Assembly (NCBI GenBank): GCA_963845755.1
Contig: CAWJTV010000039.1
Span: 224,001-288,000, forward strand
Reading direction: 5' to 3'
Length of the DNA stretch: 64,000 nucleotides
From: an uncultured Planctomycetota bacterium
Lineage (GTDB): Bacteria; Planctomycetota; Planctomycetia; Isosphaerales; Isosphaeraceae
The notes below the pieces were generated by a model. The model made no database searches, had not been told where the DNA came from, and worked only from the letters and a program-made list of their open reading frames with translations. Below, piece by piece: positions 1 through 11,948 of the stretch. The position numbers and the translations under genes were made by a program. Positions within the stretch are counted from its first letter, which is position 1. Every line of letters starts with the position of its first letter.

Positions 1-3000
1 GCTCTCAACAGCCCTGGCGGAGCCGGCACGATCCAACCCCCGAGCAATCCCGGACCACTTACGCCGTCCCCGGCCTTCACGCTCCTGACCCTCGATTACA
101 ACCACGGCACGGTTATGGTGCCCGGCTTCGACCAGCTCGCCACACCCGGCGGCGCCGTGGACCTGCGCGCCCAGGTCGTCGAACTCGGCCTCCGGCACCT
201 ACACCTATTCCTGGAACACCTCCGGCCTGACCAGCGCCAGCGGCATCAGCGGGAGCAGCTCCTACGACCTCACGTTCCACTGGGCCACTTCGATCAGCAC
301 ATCCCAGGCTGAATCCGCGACCCTCACCGTCACGGACCCGAGCAGCAACCAGGTCAGCCAGACATACACCTTCTGGGTGCCCGCCGGCTCCGGCTCGACG
401 ACCGGGGGCACGACCTGGCCCTCGTCGCTCGACCCGGGCGCCATCGCGGCCAGTTCCCCCGCCGTTTCCAGCGGCAACGTCTCGGTCGTCTCGGCCACGG
501 GCGCCCTGATGACCTCGATCGATATGCCCAGTTACAACCCCAATGTCCCCGCGCTCTCGCTGGTCTACAACTCCCTGGCCGCCAACGCGATGCCGATCGT
601 GGTCGCCGAGCATCCGCTCAGCGCCAGCCTGGCCACGCCCTCAAAGGTCTCGGCGCAATTGACGTTCGACGGCACAGCCCTGACGACCTACTATTACAAC
701 ACCTCATCGCTGACGCCCGGCGACATCATGCAGATTGGCCTCCAGGCCACCAACACCACCAGCCTGGACTCGGGCAGCTACCCCTACACGATGACCGTCG
801 CCGACGACCGCAGTGGCTCCTGGACGACGGTCACCTACAACGGCACGGCCACGGTCGAGAATGCGGCTAAAGATCCAACCTTCTCCGCCCTCGGCGCCGG
901 CTGGACAGTCAACGGGCTGACGAAGATCATCCCGGGCACCGGTGGCGTGCTCCTGGATGAAGGGGGCGGCTCGGTCCTGTGGTACTCCGGGAGCTTCGGC
1001 AGCGGCGGCGGGACCTACACCAGCCCGGCCGGCGATTTCAGCACCCTGGTCCTCAACAGCAACGGCACCTGGACGCGGACCCTCACCGACGGCACCAAGC
1101 AGAACTTCGCCGCGACCACCGGCCTGGAGACGACCAGCGTCAACCGCAACGGCCTGACCACGACGTTCACCTATTCCGGTAACCTCCTGACCAAGATCAC
1201 TGACCCGTTCAGCCAGGTCACCTCGTTCACCTACAGCGCCGGCGATCTCCAATCGATCAAGGACCCGGCGAACCGCCTGACAACCTTCACCATCTCGAGT
1301 GGCAAGCTCACCGCCGTCGAATATCCCGACACCAGCACCTGGGATTACGGCTACGATTCCGCCAAGCGGATGACCAGCGTAACCGAGCCATCGTCGGCCG
1401 GTGAGCCGACCAAGATCACCACGATTACGTACGATGCCGCCGAACGAGTGGGTACGGTAACGCGGGCCGACAGCACGACGGAGGAGTTCTCGGCCGGCCA
1501 GGAGCAGGGCTGGACCAACAGCGGCACATCGAGCAGCCCGGCGCCGGCGACCTTGCTGGCCCAGGTGGGCTCGACCCACACCGACCCGCTGAGCAACGTG
1601 ACCACGTCGCGCCCCGATTGGTATGGCCTGGGCCAGACCAGCCAGACGACCGACGCGCTGAGCAACGTCACGACGGTTGACCTCAATTCCAACGGCCTGG
1701 CCACTGTTACCATCGACCCGATGAACCGGATCACCCAGGATGCCTATGATTCCAAGGGGAATGTCACCGAAATCACCAACCCCGACGGGACCACGGTCAC
1801 CTACGGTACGTACAACAGCTTCGCCGAGCCGTCGACGATGACCAACGAGCTGGGCAAGACGACGTCCTACACCTACGATTCCCACGGAAACGAAACGGTC
1901 ATCGAAGATCCGATGACCTACTTGACGACGATGACCTACACGTCCAACGGCGAGGTGTCGACATCCATCGACGCAAACAACAAAACGACTACGTATCAAT
2001 ACGACAGTCTGGACCGGCTCACGACCACGACGTTCCCTGACGGCACGACCAACGTGAATTCGTACAATTCCCAGGGAAACGTGACCCAGGCCACTGACGG
2101 CCGGAGCAATTCGACGACCTACGCCTACGACGCCATGAATCGCGAAACGGGCATGACCAATGCCCTGAGTGGCCACACCACGTACCAGTACGACGCGGCC
2201 GGCAACCAGACCGCCGTCACCGATCCGCTGGGTAACACGACCACCAATGTCTACGACGCGATGGACCGGCTCACGACCGCGACGACCCCGTTGGGTTACA
2301 ACACCGTTTACGGCTACGACGCCGACGGCAACCAGACCTCGGTCAAGGACCCCCTCGCGCGGATCACCACAACCGTATACGATGCGCTGAACCGCCCGAC
2401 CGTCGTCATCGACCCCATGAGCGGGCACACCACGACGACCTACGACGCCGACGGTGAGGTCATCCAGGAGAAGGACGCCCTGGGCCGGATCACGACGACC
2501 AGCTACGACGCACGGGGCCGGGTCGCCACGACAACTGACCCGCTCGGCAACACGACGACCTATTCGTACACGTCGACCGGCCAGCAAGCCACCGTGACGA
2601 CCGAGACCCAGAGCGGCGGCACAGCGACCACAACGCACACGTACAATGCCGACGACCGGCTCGTCTCCACCACGGATCCGCTCTCGAACATCACCACATA
2701 CGGCTACGACGGCGTCGGCAACCAGAAGACCGTGGAAGATCCCGACGCGAATACGACCACGACCGTTTACGATTCGCGAAACCGGGTGATCGAGACGATC
2801 GAGCCACTCGGAGTGACGGTCAGCTATACTTACGACAACTCGGGCAACCAGCAGACGGTTACCGATGCTCTGGGCCACACGACGACGACGCTGTACGACG
2901 CTCTCGACCGCGCCACGACGACGATCAGCGCCGTAGACGGCACGACCACAACGACCTACGATGCCGACGGCCATGAAACCAGCACGACCGACCCGGTGGG

Positions 3001-4985
3001 CAACAAGACCCAGTGGGCCTATGACGCCGACGGCCGCATGACAACCCAGACCAATCCCAACGGCTCGACGGTGACCAACACCTACGACTCAGACAATGAG
3101 CTGACGGACACTACCGATGCCGACGGCCGCCGCACGACCTACTCGTACAACGCCGATGGCGACCAGTCGGGCGCGACCTGGGTCGGCACCACTCCATCCG
3201 AGATCATTACTTTCACCTACGATGCCGAAAACGAGTTGACCGGCGCCGCCGACAGCTTCGCCACGCTGACGTTCACCTACAACGGCGGCGAATTGCAAAC
3301 TGCGGCTACCTCCGGCCCAGGCTCCGGCCAGCCCAGCGTCCTGCTCTCCTACACCTACGACCCCGCGGGGAACGAGACCAGCGTCACGGACAACCTGTCG
3401 AGCCAGGGTGTCACGTCCTTCACCTATAACGCGGGCGAACAGGTCACGGGGATCGCGGCTTCCTACGGCGGCACGACCATCCCGCAGGTCAGTTACACCT
3501 ACGAGCCGAACGGCCAGATTGCCACCGAGTCGCGGATGATCAGCGGCTCGGGCAACCAGGTGAACACCGCCTACAGCTACGATTCCGTCGATCGCCAAAC
3601 GACGATCAGCGATACGCGCTATGGCCTGGTTCCGGGATTCGGCTCGACCCCCATCGGCACGTATGTCTACGCCTACGACCAGGCAAGTCGCGTGACGAGC
3701 GAGACCGACAAGGAGGGCACGGCCACGTTCACCTACGATAATGCCAACGAGCTGACGGCCGTCGGCGGCTCGCGGACCGAGTCGTACAGCTACGATGCCA
3801 ACGGCAACCGGACCGGGACCGGCTACACGACGGGGACAGAGAATGAGATGACCAACTCGCCGGGGAATACTTACACCTACGACAGCGCGGGTAATCTGGT
3901 CTCGGACAACAACGGCACCACGATCACGACGTACACCTACGACTATGAGAACCGCTTGACAGGGGTGAAGGTCGGCGGTACGATTGTGGCAACATATACC
4001 TATGATGCGCCTGGGCCGGCGGATCGACGTCGATGACAGCGGATCGCAGACCTGGACTGTCTACGACGGCACCGGCGCCGATGCCAACACGTACGCGGAC
4101 TTCACCAGTTCCGGCAGCTTGGGTGAGCGCTACCTCTTCGGTCCGACGATGGTGGACGGCGCGGTGACGCCGGGTATCCTGGGTCGGACCAGCTCGGGCG
4201 GGACGACCGCCTGGTACCTGACCGACAAGTTGGGCACCGTACGCGACGTCGACAGCACGTCGGGAACCAACCTCGACCACATCGTCTACGACAGCTTCGG
4301 CAACATCGTCACGGAGACCAACGCGACCAACGGCGACCGGTTCAAGTTCGCGGGGATGGAATACGATGCCACGACAGGGCAGAGCTACGACCGGGCGCGC
4401 TATTACGACGAGGCGATCGGGAGGTTCATGGCACAGGATCCGATGGGGTTTCAGGCGGGTGATGAGGATCTCTACCGCTACGTTGGGAACGGGCCTACAG
4501 ACGCCACGGATCCGAGCGGTCTCATAAAGGTTGAGATAGGCGCGATCACACGCCCTGCCAAGAATCTACCGCCGGGTTATGGCGTTGTAAGGGTTGATTA
4601 TCGTATTACAGACAACTATGATCCTGATCTCTTAACTGTCGTCTGGCTAAACGCAAAAGCAGTCTGGACGTCGGCAGCTGGCAAGACTCTCGACGCGCTC
4701 GATACGGTCTTATATGTAAAGATCGCCACGCAGAAAGTGTACAGAGGTTTCTTCTGGGAGGTCTTCCCGTCATCCTTTTGGGAGGGCCCTCGGCTCCCCA
4801 ATGTGAAGGTGGAGGCCGTGGAGCAGGACCGGAGTGGACTTGGGGTAGTTACCATGCCCTCCGCATCGGACCAAACGAATGTACCTCCTCCCGGAGCGTT
4901 CCCACCACCGACTCCACCAAAGCCTATAACACCGAGGCCTGTGCCAGTTGGACCGCCGGGCCCTGGCCCCATTAGACTGGGTTAA
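1..4985 (+). CDS. RHS/YD-repeat protein with C-terminal variable domain (5' end outside the window; frameshifts near 178 and 4010)
   Basis: ORF 377-4036 is a long array of YD repeats (TTYxYDxxGxxTxxTDPxG). ORF 3984-4985 carries the RHS core (YLTDKLGTVR, YDRARYYD, GRFMAQDP, YRYVGNGPTDATDPSGL). Frame 1 is open from base 1. Confidence 0.9.
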
Positions 4986-5271
4986 TGGCTGATGTACAGG
5001 GAGCCCTAGTGGAGCCCGGCTTCATCCGTGAGGCTCTTTTGAGCGCATTGGTTCGATAATGGTTAGTGTGCACAGGCAACCAAAGGGATTGTATTATAAA
5101 TTTAATCAGATGATATTATCATTATCTATTAAAAATCTGGATCGGACACAACGGTGTGCAGATCATCGAGGTCGCTGGCGGTCTCCTCCCAGCGCGTCGA
5201 TAATCCTGTTAGAATGGCCCGAAGCCACAGAGCCGGCGTGTCCCAAACTCCGAACCCCCGGGGCCATCATA

Positions 5272-6154
5272 ATGCACGACAATCCGATCCGACGCTCTGG
5301 ATGGAGATACCCGCGGCTCACCGTGCGCGTGTTTATAGTCCTCGTACTACTTGTCGGCGCCTGGCTAGGATGGACGGTGCGCACGGCAAGTATCCAGCGC
5401 GACGCCATCACCGCAATTGAAAAAGCCGGTGGCCGACTCTTTTATTCGTGGGAGTGGAAGAATGGCAAACTAATCCCGTTTGGCAAGCCCAAATGGCCGA
5501 ACTGGTTGGTGCGTCGGCTTGGTGTCGATTACTTCGGCCATGTCGCGATTGTTTCCCTGGCTGGCATGGGGAATTCTCGAGATTTTGAGTACTGTCTCGT
5601 CAAGGGAAAGGCGGGAGGCGGGGTTTCTGTTACTGGCTTGGGGAAGAACTGGGGTTATGTGACCCTCGATCCGGTGCAGCGTCTCATCGAGGATCCTGGG
5701 GGAGATTCAGTCGTGCGTGAGGAAGTGATGAAGCACCTTGGCGGCGCTAACTAGCCTCGAAGAGCTGGAGCTCCAGGGTGCTCGGGTCGATGACACTGCG
5801 TTGGCCCACCTCAAGGACCTGACAAACCTCTGGTGGCTGAACCTCAGTGATACTGAAGCCGGCGATGCCACACTGGCTCATCTGAATCGCTGCACTCGAC
5901 TTCAAGACTTGCGGCTCAAGGGTAGCAGGATCACGGATGGCGGAATCGTGCACCTGAAGGGGCTGACCCGTCTCAGGTTTCTGAATCTGGACGATACTCG
6001 GATCACCGACGCCGGGCTCGTACACCTGAAAGGGCTGGCCAACCTCCGTGAACTGAGCTTAGACGGTACCGACGTCACCGACGCCGGGGTAGGAGAGCTC
6101 CAGAAGGTGTTACCTAGGTTGAAGATCTCGCACTGGGCGATCGCAAATCCCTGA
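5272..6154 (+). CDS. Membrane-anchored leucine-rich repeat protein (frameshift near 5740)
   Basis: N-terminal TM segment (RLTVRVFIVLVLLVGAWLGW) and WLVRRLGVDYFGHV motif, then LRRs of the type LKGLTRLRFLNLDDTRITDAGL in ORF 5738-6154. Confidence 0.8.
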
Positions 6155-6205
6155 GCAAGGCGAGTCAAGGGAAGGTCCCTAAGTTCAGCAAACGACGCCA
6201 CTCCC

Positions 6206-8432
6206 GTGACATCGATCATCATCCCCTGCTGGAATCAGCGGGAATTCACCGAGCTCTGCGTTCAGGCCCTGTTCCGGCACACCCTGCCGGCCTGGGAGTT
6301 GATCGTCGTCGATAATGGCTCGACCGACGATACGGCCGCTTACCTGGCCGGCGTCCGGGATGCCGCCAGCGTGCCGGCCACAATCATCCGCAACCCCGAG
6401 AACCTGGGGTTTCCCCGGGCGATCAACCAGGGCTTGCAGGCGGCGCGCGGCGAATACCTCGTGTTGCTCAACAACGACGCGGTGGTCACCGATGGCTGGC
6501 TGGATCAGCTCATCGCTCTGACCGCGGCCCGTCTTGAGCAAGAAACGAATGGCGGCGGAGGCCAATTCTCAACCCCCCCTGGCCCCCCCTTCGCAAGGGG
6601 GGGAGAGTTCTGCGAATCGCCGACCTCATCCTGGACCGAGGATCGGACTCGTCGGGCCGATGTCGAATTACGCGACGCCGCCACAACTGGTCGAAGGCGT
6701 TTCGTATCGCGACCTGGACGAGATGCAGGCGTTTGCCCGACGATGGCGCGGCGAGCATCGCGGGAACTGGTTCACGGTGGCCAAGCTGTCGGGGTTCTGC
6801 ATCCTGATGACGCGGGCGGTGTATGAGGCCGTCGGCGGGCTGGACGAGCGGTTCGGGCTGGGATTGTTCGACGACGACGACCTGGCCGAACGGGCGCGGC
6901 GGGCCGGGTTCGCGCTGGCGGTGGCTCATGACCTGTTCATCCACCACTTCGGCAGCCGGACGTTTGTGGGCAACGGCATTGATTCCTCGGCGTTGCTGGA
7001 GGAGAACGCGCGGCGGTTCGCCGCCAAGTGGGGGCAGGATGCGCCGCGGGGGCGGCGCGTGGAGTTGCGGCCTTTTGAGCCGTCCTCCCCTGACGCGGCA
7101 TTCGTCCGCAACCCAGGAGGAATTCCCGATTCGAGATTCGAGATTCCGCAATGGTCTCCCCCGGCAATCGGGAGTGGGGAACTGGGGATGCCCACGATCG
7201 GCGCACGCCGCAAACACTCTACCAGGGGGGAAGAGAGGCCCCGTATTACGCTAACGATGATCGTCCGGGACGAGGAGGAGAACCTGCCGAAGTGCCTGGA
7301 ATCGATCCGGGGGATCTTCGACGAGATCGTGGTCGTCGATACCGGCAGTACGGACCGGACGGTCGAGATCGCCCAATCGTTCGGTGCGCGGGTGTTCGAC
7401 TTCGTCTGGGTCGATGACTTCGCCGCCGCTCGCAATGCCGCTCTGTCGCACGCCACCGGCGATTACGCTTTCTGGCTCGACGCCGATGATGTGGTCGAGC
7501 CGTTCGAGCGGGAGAGGCTGCGGGCGCTGCTGGACACTCTCGGAGGCTCGGTACATCCTCGGGAGGGCGAGCCTCCGTGCGAGCCGAATTCAGGGGCGGC
7601 TCGCACGGAGGCTCGCCCTCCCAGGTCGCTTCGATCGCCTGATGACGTCGCGGCCTACGTCGTGCGCTGTGCCTGCGATCCCGGCGCCGACGGCAGCGGC
7701 GGCGAGACGGTCGTCGATCACGTCCGGCTGTTCCCGATCCGCCAGGACGTCCGCTGGAGCTATCGCGTCCACGAGCAGATTATGCCGGCGCTCCGCCGGG
7801 CCGGGATTCCCGTGCGGTGGACCGATCTCGTGGTGCGGCATACCGGCTATGTCGACCCGGCGCTGCGCGCGCGGAAGCTCGAGCGCGACGCGCGCATCCT
7901 CCAGGAGGAGCTGAAAGACCGGCCGGAGGAGCCATTTATCCTGTTCAACCTCGGTGCGATCGCCATCGAGCGTCGGGATTGGCAGGGCGCGCTGGGATAT
8001 CTCCGCCGAAGCCTGGAGCGGTCGGCGCCGAGCGACTCGATCACGCGGAAGCTGTTCGCCTTGATCGCCCGGGCGCATCAGATGCTCGGAGATTCGGCCG
8101 CGGCGCTTCGCATTTGTGCCGAGGGCCTGGCGATCGATCCGGACGACGCCGAGCTCTGGCATCGCAAGGCGGTCGTGCATCGGCATCGCGGCGAGTCGGC
8201 CGATGCGGAGACCTGCTGGCGGCGGATCCTTTCGCTACGGCGGCCCGAGCGCTTCGCCAGCCTGGACATGGGGATCTATGGCCACCTCACCCGGCGCAAC
8301 CTGGCGTTGCTAGCCCAGGAGCGTGCCGAGCACGACGAGGCGGCGCGGCTGTGGTGCGAAGTGCTCGCCGAATGTCCTGGCGACCGTGAGGCACTGGTCA
8401 TGGTGGAGCGACTCCAGCACTCCAGTGGTTAA
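6206..8432 (+). CDS. Glycosyltransferase with two GT2 domains plus TPRs (frameshift at about 6530-6610)
   Basis: First GT2: TSIIIPCWN, VVDNGSTD, LLNND, IGLVGPMSNY. Second GT2: LTMIVRDEE, VVDTGSTD, WLDADD. Helical TPR-like C-terminus. Confidence 0.88.
6571..6607. repeat. REP-like hairpin inside the GT2 gene
   Basis: cccccccTT-cgc-AAggggggg perfect 9-bp stem at 6583-6603, preceded by aaccccccctgg. Confidence 0.6.
7561..7622. repeat. Perfect 26-bp inverted repeat (REP doublet) in frame inside the GT2 gene
   Basis: gggagggcgagcctccgtgcgagccg, 10-nt loop, cggctcgcacggaggctcgccctccc. A partial arm recurs intergenically at about 16978-16996. Confidence 0.85.
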
Positions 8433-8638
8433 CAAAGGGATCGGGTACATCCCAGGGAAGCGGCAATCTGGACCGTCTCGAAGGTCGTCCTTACGCCGAG
8501 GAACGCCGACGAAATAACCTCCCGATGGTTGGGGGGACATCTGGGTCGGTTCCGGGAAGTTGTTTCGTCAGCGTTCCGAGCGGCCAGGAGGGCCGTTCCC
8601 ACGCGGGAGTGTGGGTACGAGATCGCCCGGTGTCCTCG

Positions 8639-11600
8639 CTACCGTATCGATTTTTTCCGGAACGCCGATCGTGCGGTCGTTGCTGGGCGCCGAACCGTAA
8701 TTGACTCGCGCGGCATCGCCGTCCAGAGGAAGAGTTCCGAGCGGCTTTCGGCCGTCTCGGCGCAGGTTGCCAGGGTCAGGCCGTCGGGTGAGAAACGAAC
8801 CTGGTTGACCGGACCGGTGTGGCCTTCGAGCGTCGCAAGCTCTCGGCCTGTGGCGACGTCCCAGAGGTGCACGCATCGATCGTCAAGACCGGCCGCCAGC
8901 GTACGACCGTTGGGAGAGAAGGCCATGGATCTCACCCAGGTCGCGGGTCCCGATATCTGCGCCAGGGAACTCAAGGACTCGGAATCCCAGAGGATGATCG
9001 TCCCTCCCGAACCACCCGTCGCCAGGATCGAGCCATCCTGGGAGAATGCCTGGGAGATGATCGCGTCCCGATGTCGACCCTCCGTCGCGGTCCGGGGCCG
9101 AGCGGAGGGGATGTCCCACAGGACGGGAGTCCCCGCGCCCCAACCCCAGATCGACAAGGAATCGCCCCGAGGTGAGAAGACCAGGGCATAGCCGTTGGAT
9201 CGTTCGAGGCGCTTCGACTCGCCGTTGCGGGCCACATTTTGGAGGAATACCGAATCGCCGTGATCGGATCGAGCGACCCATTGTCCATCGGCAGTGACCG
9301 CCAGATGACCGTTGAATGCCCGTGGGACCGGATAGTTCCCGAGTCGTCGGCCACCCGGAAGTTCCCACAAGGTGACGGTGTCGGACTCTCCGGCCGTCAC
9401 CAGCAGACGCGCATTGCGCGCGAGGGCCGCGTGACGAATCGGATAGCCTGCGGTGCCGGGATTCACGGCCGAGAGAGCACCCCCCTGCGCATCGCGGATC
9501 CAGACCCGACCCGCGTCGTCGGCCATAGTGATCGTCGCCCCATCGGTTGAGAACGCCAGCGAGGAGATCCTGCCCGTTGGGATGCGAATCGAGATCCGAG
9601 ACCGATCGCGTTCGAGGTCCCAGAGCCTGACCGTCGATTGCCCGCTTACGGTCGCCAGCGTACGCCCATCGGGAGAATACGCGACGCACCAGAGCCCGTC
9701 GTGGCCGCTGGCGATCGATTCATGGGCACATGTGGATCGGTTGATGAGGTGGATCGGGCCGTGCGTCCCGACCGCGGCCAGGGTTTGATCGTCCGGCGAA
9801 AAGGCGACGGACCGGAGTTCCGAATCATTCGTCGGGAAGATCGCCGTGCGCGTCCAGGTGCGCGTCTCCCAGAGTTCCACGTCGCCGCCTCGACCGCACG
9901 TGGCCACGGCGCGTCCATCATGCGAAAACGTGGCGCAACGGGCCTGACCGTCTTGACGCGCCAGGCGAGCGAGTTCCCGGCCGTCGATCAAACACCTGAT
10001 GATCGTGCCGTGACCCGCGATGGCGAGGGTCGTGCCGTCGGGTGAAATCGCCATCGCCTGGAGATCCGGATTCGTCACATCGAACGAACGGACTTCCCGT
10101 AACGTCGCGGCGTCCCGGACGATCACTTTCCTCGCCCGGCCGCACGAGATCACCTGACGGCCGTCTGGCGAGAAAATCGCGGCGACGACCGGCTCGGAAT
10201 GATCCCGCATCGTGGCCAGGACCCGGCCGTTCCGGGCATCCCAGAGCTTGACGGCCTGGTCGTCACTGGCGGTCGCCAGGGTCCGGCCGTCGGGCGAGAC
10301 CGAGACCCAGTTCAGGTCATACGTGTGGGCGTCCTTTCCTTCCAGGACCCGGAGGATTCGCCCGGTGGCAACATCCCAGAGCCGAGCGGTCCGGTCCTGG
10401 CCGGCGGTGGCCAGGGTCATGCCGTCCGGGGAGAACATCGCGTGATAGACCTCACCCCGATGACCCCGGAGCGAGGGTCGGCCCACCTGACAGAGACGAT
10501 CGACGTAATGCCAGACGAATCCCCGGAGGTCTTCCTCGCCGGCCTCGGGCCGTTGGCGCTGGAGGACTTCCCGGGCCTGGTCCGGCAGGTTGTCCGCCCA
10601 GTGGCGATAGGCTTGCTGGACGTCGCGAGCGTATTGCTCGATGCGGCGGGCTCGCCCACTGCGGCGGGCCTCCTGATCCAATCGTGCGACCACGTGATGA
10701 GCCCGCATCCCGGTGGCGATCCCCACCACGCTGGTGGCCAGGAGCAAGACCAGGACGGACGCCAAAGCGGTCGACCGAGGATGGTGGCGGCAGAGCCGCC
10801 AGGCCCGCTCGACCGGGCCGGCCCGCCGCGCCGCGATTGGCCGGCCCGCTAGCCAGCGCTCCAGGTCCTCGGCCACGGCTTGTGCCGTGAGGTACCGACG
10901 AGCCGGTTCCTTCTCCAGGCATTTCAGGCAGATGGTCTCGAGGTCGCGGTCAACGGCGGGTCGGATCGTGCTCGGCGGGTCGGGGGCCTGCTCTCGGACT
11001 TGCTCCAGGGTCGCCTGCGGCGTCTCGCCCCGGAACGGCGCACGGCCGGTCAGCAGGGCATACAGCACTGCACCCAGGCCGTGGATATCGGTGGCTATGG
11101 TGACCGCCCCCTTCCGGCCGGTCGCCTGCTCGGGCGCCATGAAGGCCGGCGTGCCCAGCACCGCCCCGGACTGGGTCAGCTCGCTATCCCCTTCGACCCG
11201 CCGAGCCAGGCCGAAGTCGGCCACCAGCGGCTCGCCCCGATCATCGATGAGGATGTTCGACGGCTTCAAGTCGCGGTGGAGGATGCCCCGCTCGTGCGCA
11301 TGGACGATCGCGCGAGCCACCGCCGCCACGATCCGCGCCGCCGCCCGGGTGTCGCCGACATAGTCCTTGATCCGATCGCCCAGGCTCCCGCCCTCGACGA
11401 GCTTCATGCTGAAGAAGCCGCAGCCGCGATGTTCGCCAACCTCGTGGATCGGGACGATATGCGGATGGTCGAGGTTGGCCACCGCCTCGGCCTCGTTCCG
11501 GAATCGCCGCGCGTCGTCCGGGCTGGCGCATCCACCGTCGCGGATGACCTTGAGCGCCACCAGGCGATTCAGGCTCCGTTGCCGCGCCCGATAGACGATC

Positions 11601-11938
11601 CCCATCCCGCCTCGTGCGATCTCGCCCAGGAGGTCGTAATCGCCGACGACGCGGTCTCCATCAGGCGTGGTCGGACCGGGCAACCGTCCCTCGGGCGTCG
11701 GATCCCCACCGCCCGGCTTGCCCAACGGGGATTCGGAGGCCCGAAAGGGCGCGGTCAGCTCATGGAATTGATGCTGGGCGGCGAAGAACTCGGCGAGATC
11801 GGCCGTGAGTTCGGGGTGATTCTCGAGCAAGGATCGGACATCCGGCGCATCGCCGCGATCGACCTCTTCGAAATAGGCGGCGAGCACCTCATGGAGCCGT
11901 TGCTCGCGATGGCTCATGCTCTCGGAATCAACGGCCAT
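8639..11938 (-). CDS. Hanks-type Ser/Thr kinase with WD40 repeats
   Basis: IARGGMGIVY, VALK, HRDLKPSN, DFGLA and APE motifs, a TM helix, then repeats of the type GH..FSPDG..LAT...D...LWD. Confidence 0.93.
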   Translation of the reverse strand: MAVDSESMSHREQRLHEVLAAYFEEVDRGDAPDVRSLLENHPELTADLAEFFAAQHQFHELTAPFRASESPLGKPGGGDPTPEGRLPGPTTPDGDRVVGDYDLLGEIARGGMGIVYRARQRSLNRLVALKVIRDGGCASPDDARRFRNEAEAVANLDHPHIVPIHEVGEHRGCGFFSMKLVEGGSLGDRIKDYVGDTRAAARIVAAVARAIVHAHERGILHRDLKPSNILIDDRGEPLVADFGLARRVEGDSELTQSGAVLGTPAFMAPEQATGRKGAVTIATDIHGLGAVLYALLTGRAPFRGETPQATLEQVREQAPDPPSTIRPAVDRDLETICLKCLEKEPARRYLTAQAVAEDLERWLAGRPIAARRAGPVERAWRLCRHHPRSTALASVLVLLLATSVVGIATGMRAHHVVARLDQEARRSGRARRIEQYARDVQQAYRHWADNLPDQAREVLQRQRPEAGEEDLRGFVWHYVDRLCQVGRPSLRGHRGEVYHAMFSPDGMTLATAGQDRTARLWDVATGRILRVLEGKDAHTYDLNWVSVSPDGRTLATASDDQAVKLWDARNGRVLATMRDHSEPVVAAIFSPDGRQVISCGRARKVIVRDAATLREVRSFDVTNPDLQAMAISPDGTTLAIAGHGTIIRCLIDGRELARLARQDGQARCATFSHDGRAVATCGRGGDVELWETRTWTRTAIFPTNDSELRSVAFSPDDQTLAAVGTHGPIHLINRSTCAHESIASGHDGLWCVAYSPDGRTLATVSGQSTVRLWDLERDRSRISIRIPTGRISSLAFSTDGATITMADDAGRVWIRDAQGGALSAVNPGTAGYPIRHAALARNARLLVTAGESDTVTLWELPGGRRLGNYPVPRAFNGHLAVTADGQWVARSDHGDSVFLQNVARNGESKRLERSNGYALVFSPRGDSLSIWGWGAGTPVLWDIPSARPRTATEGRHRDAIISQAFSQDGSILATGGSGGTIILWDSESLSSLAQISGPATWVRSMAFSPNGRTLAAGLDDRCVHLWDVATGRELATLEGHTGPVNQVRFSPDGLTLATCAETAESRSELFLWTAMPRESITVRRPATTARSAFRKKSIR

Positions 11939-11948
11939 CGTTGATGAC

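Noticed and set aside
704..2974. 756-aa minus-strand ORF, and similar long antisense ORFs (14680-16893, 49400-51265, 51413-53650, 57886-59631, 59800-61632)
   Set aside because: Shadow frames of well-supported genes in high-GC DNA, with no motifs of their own.
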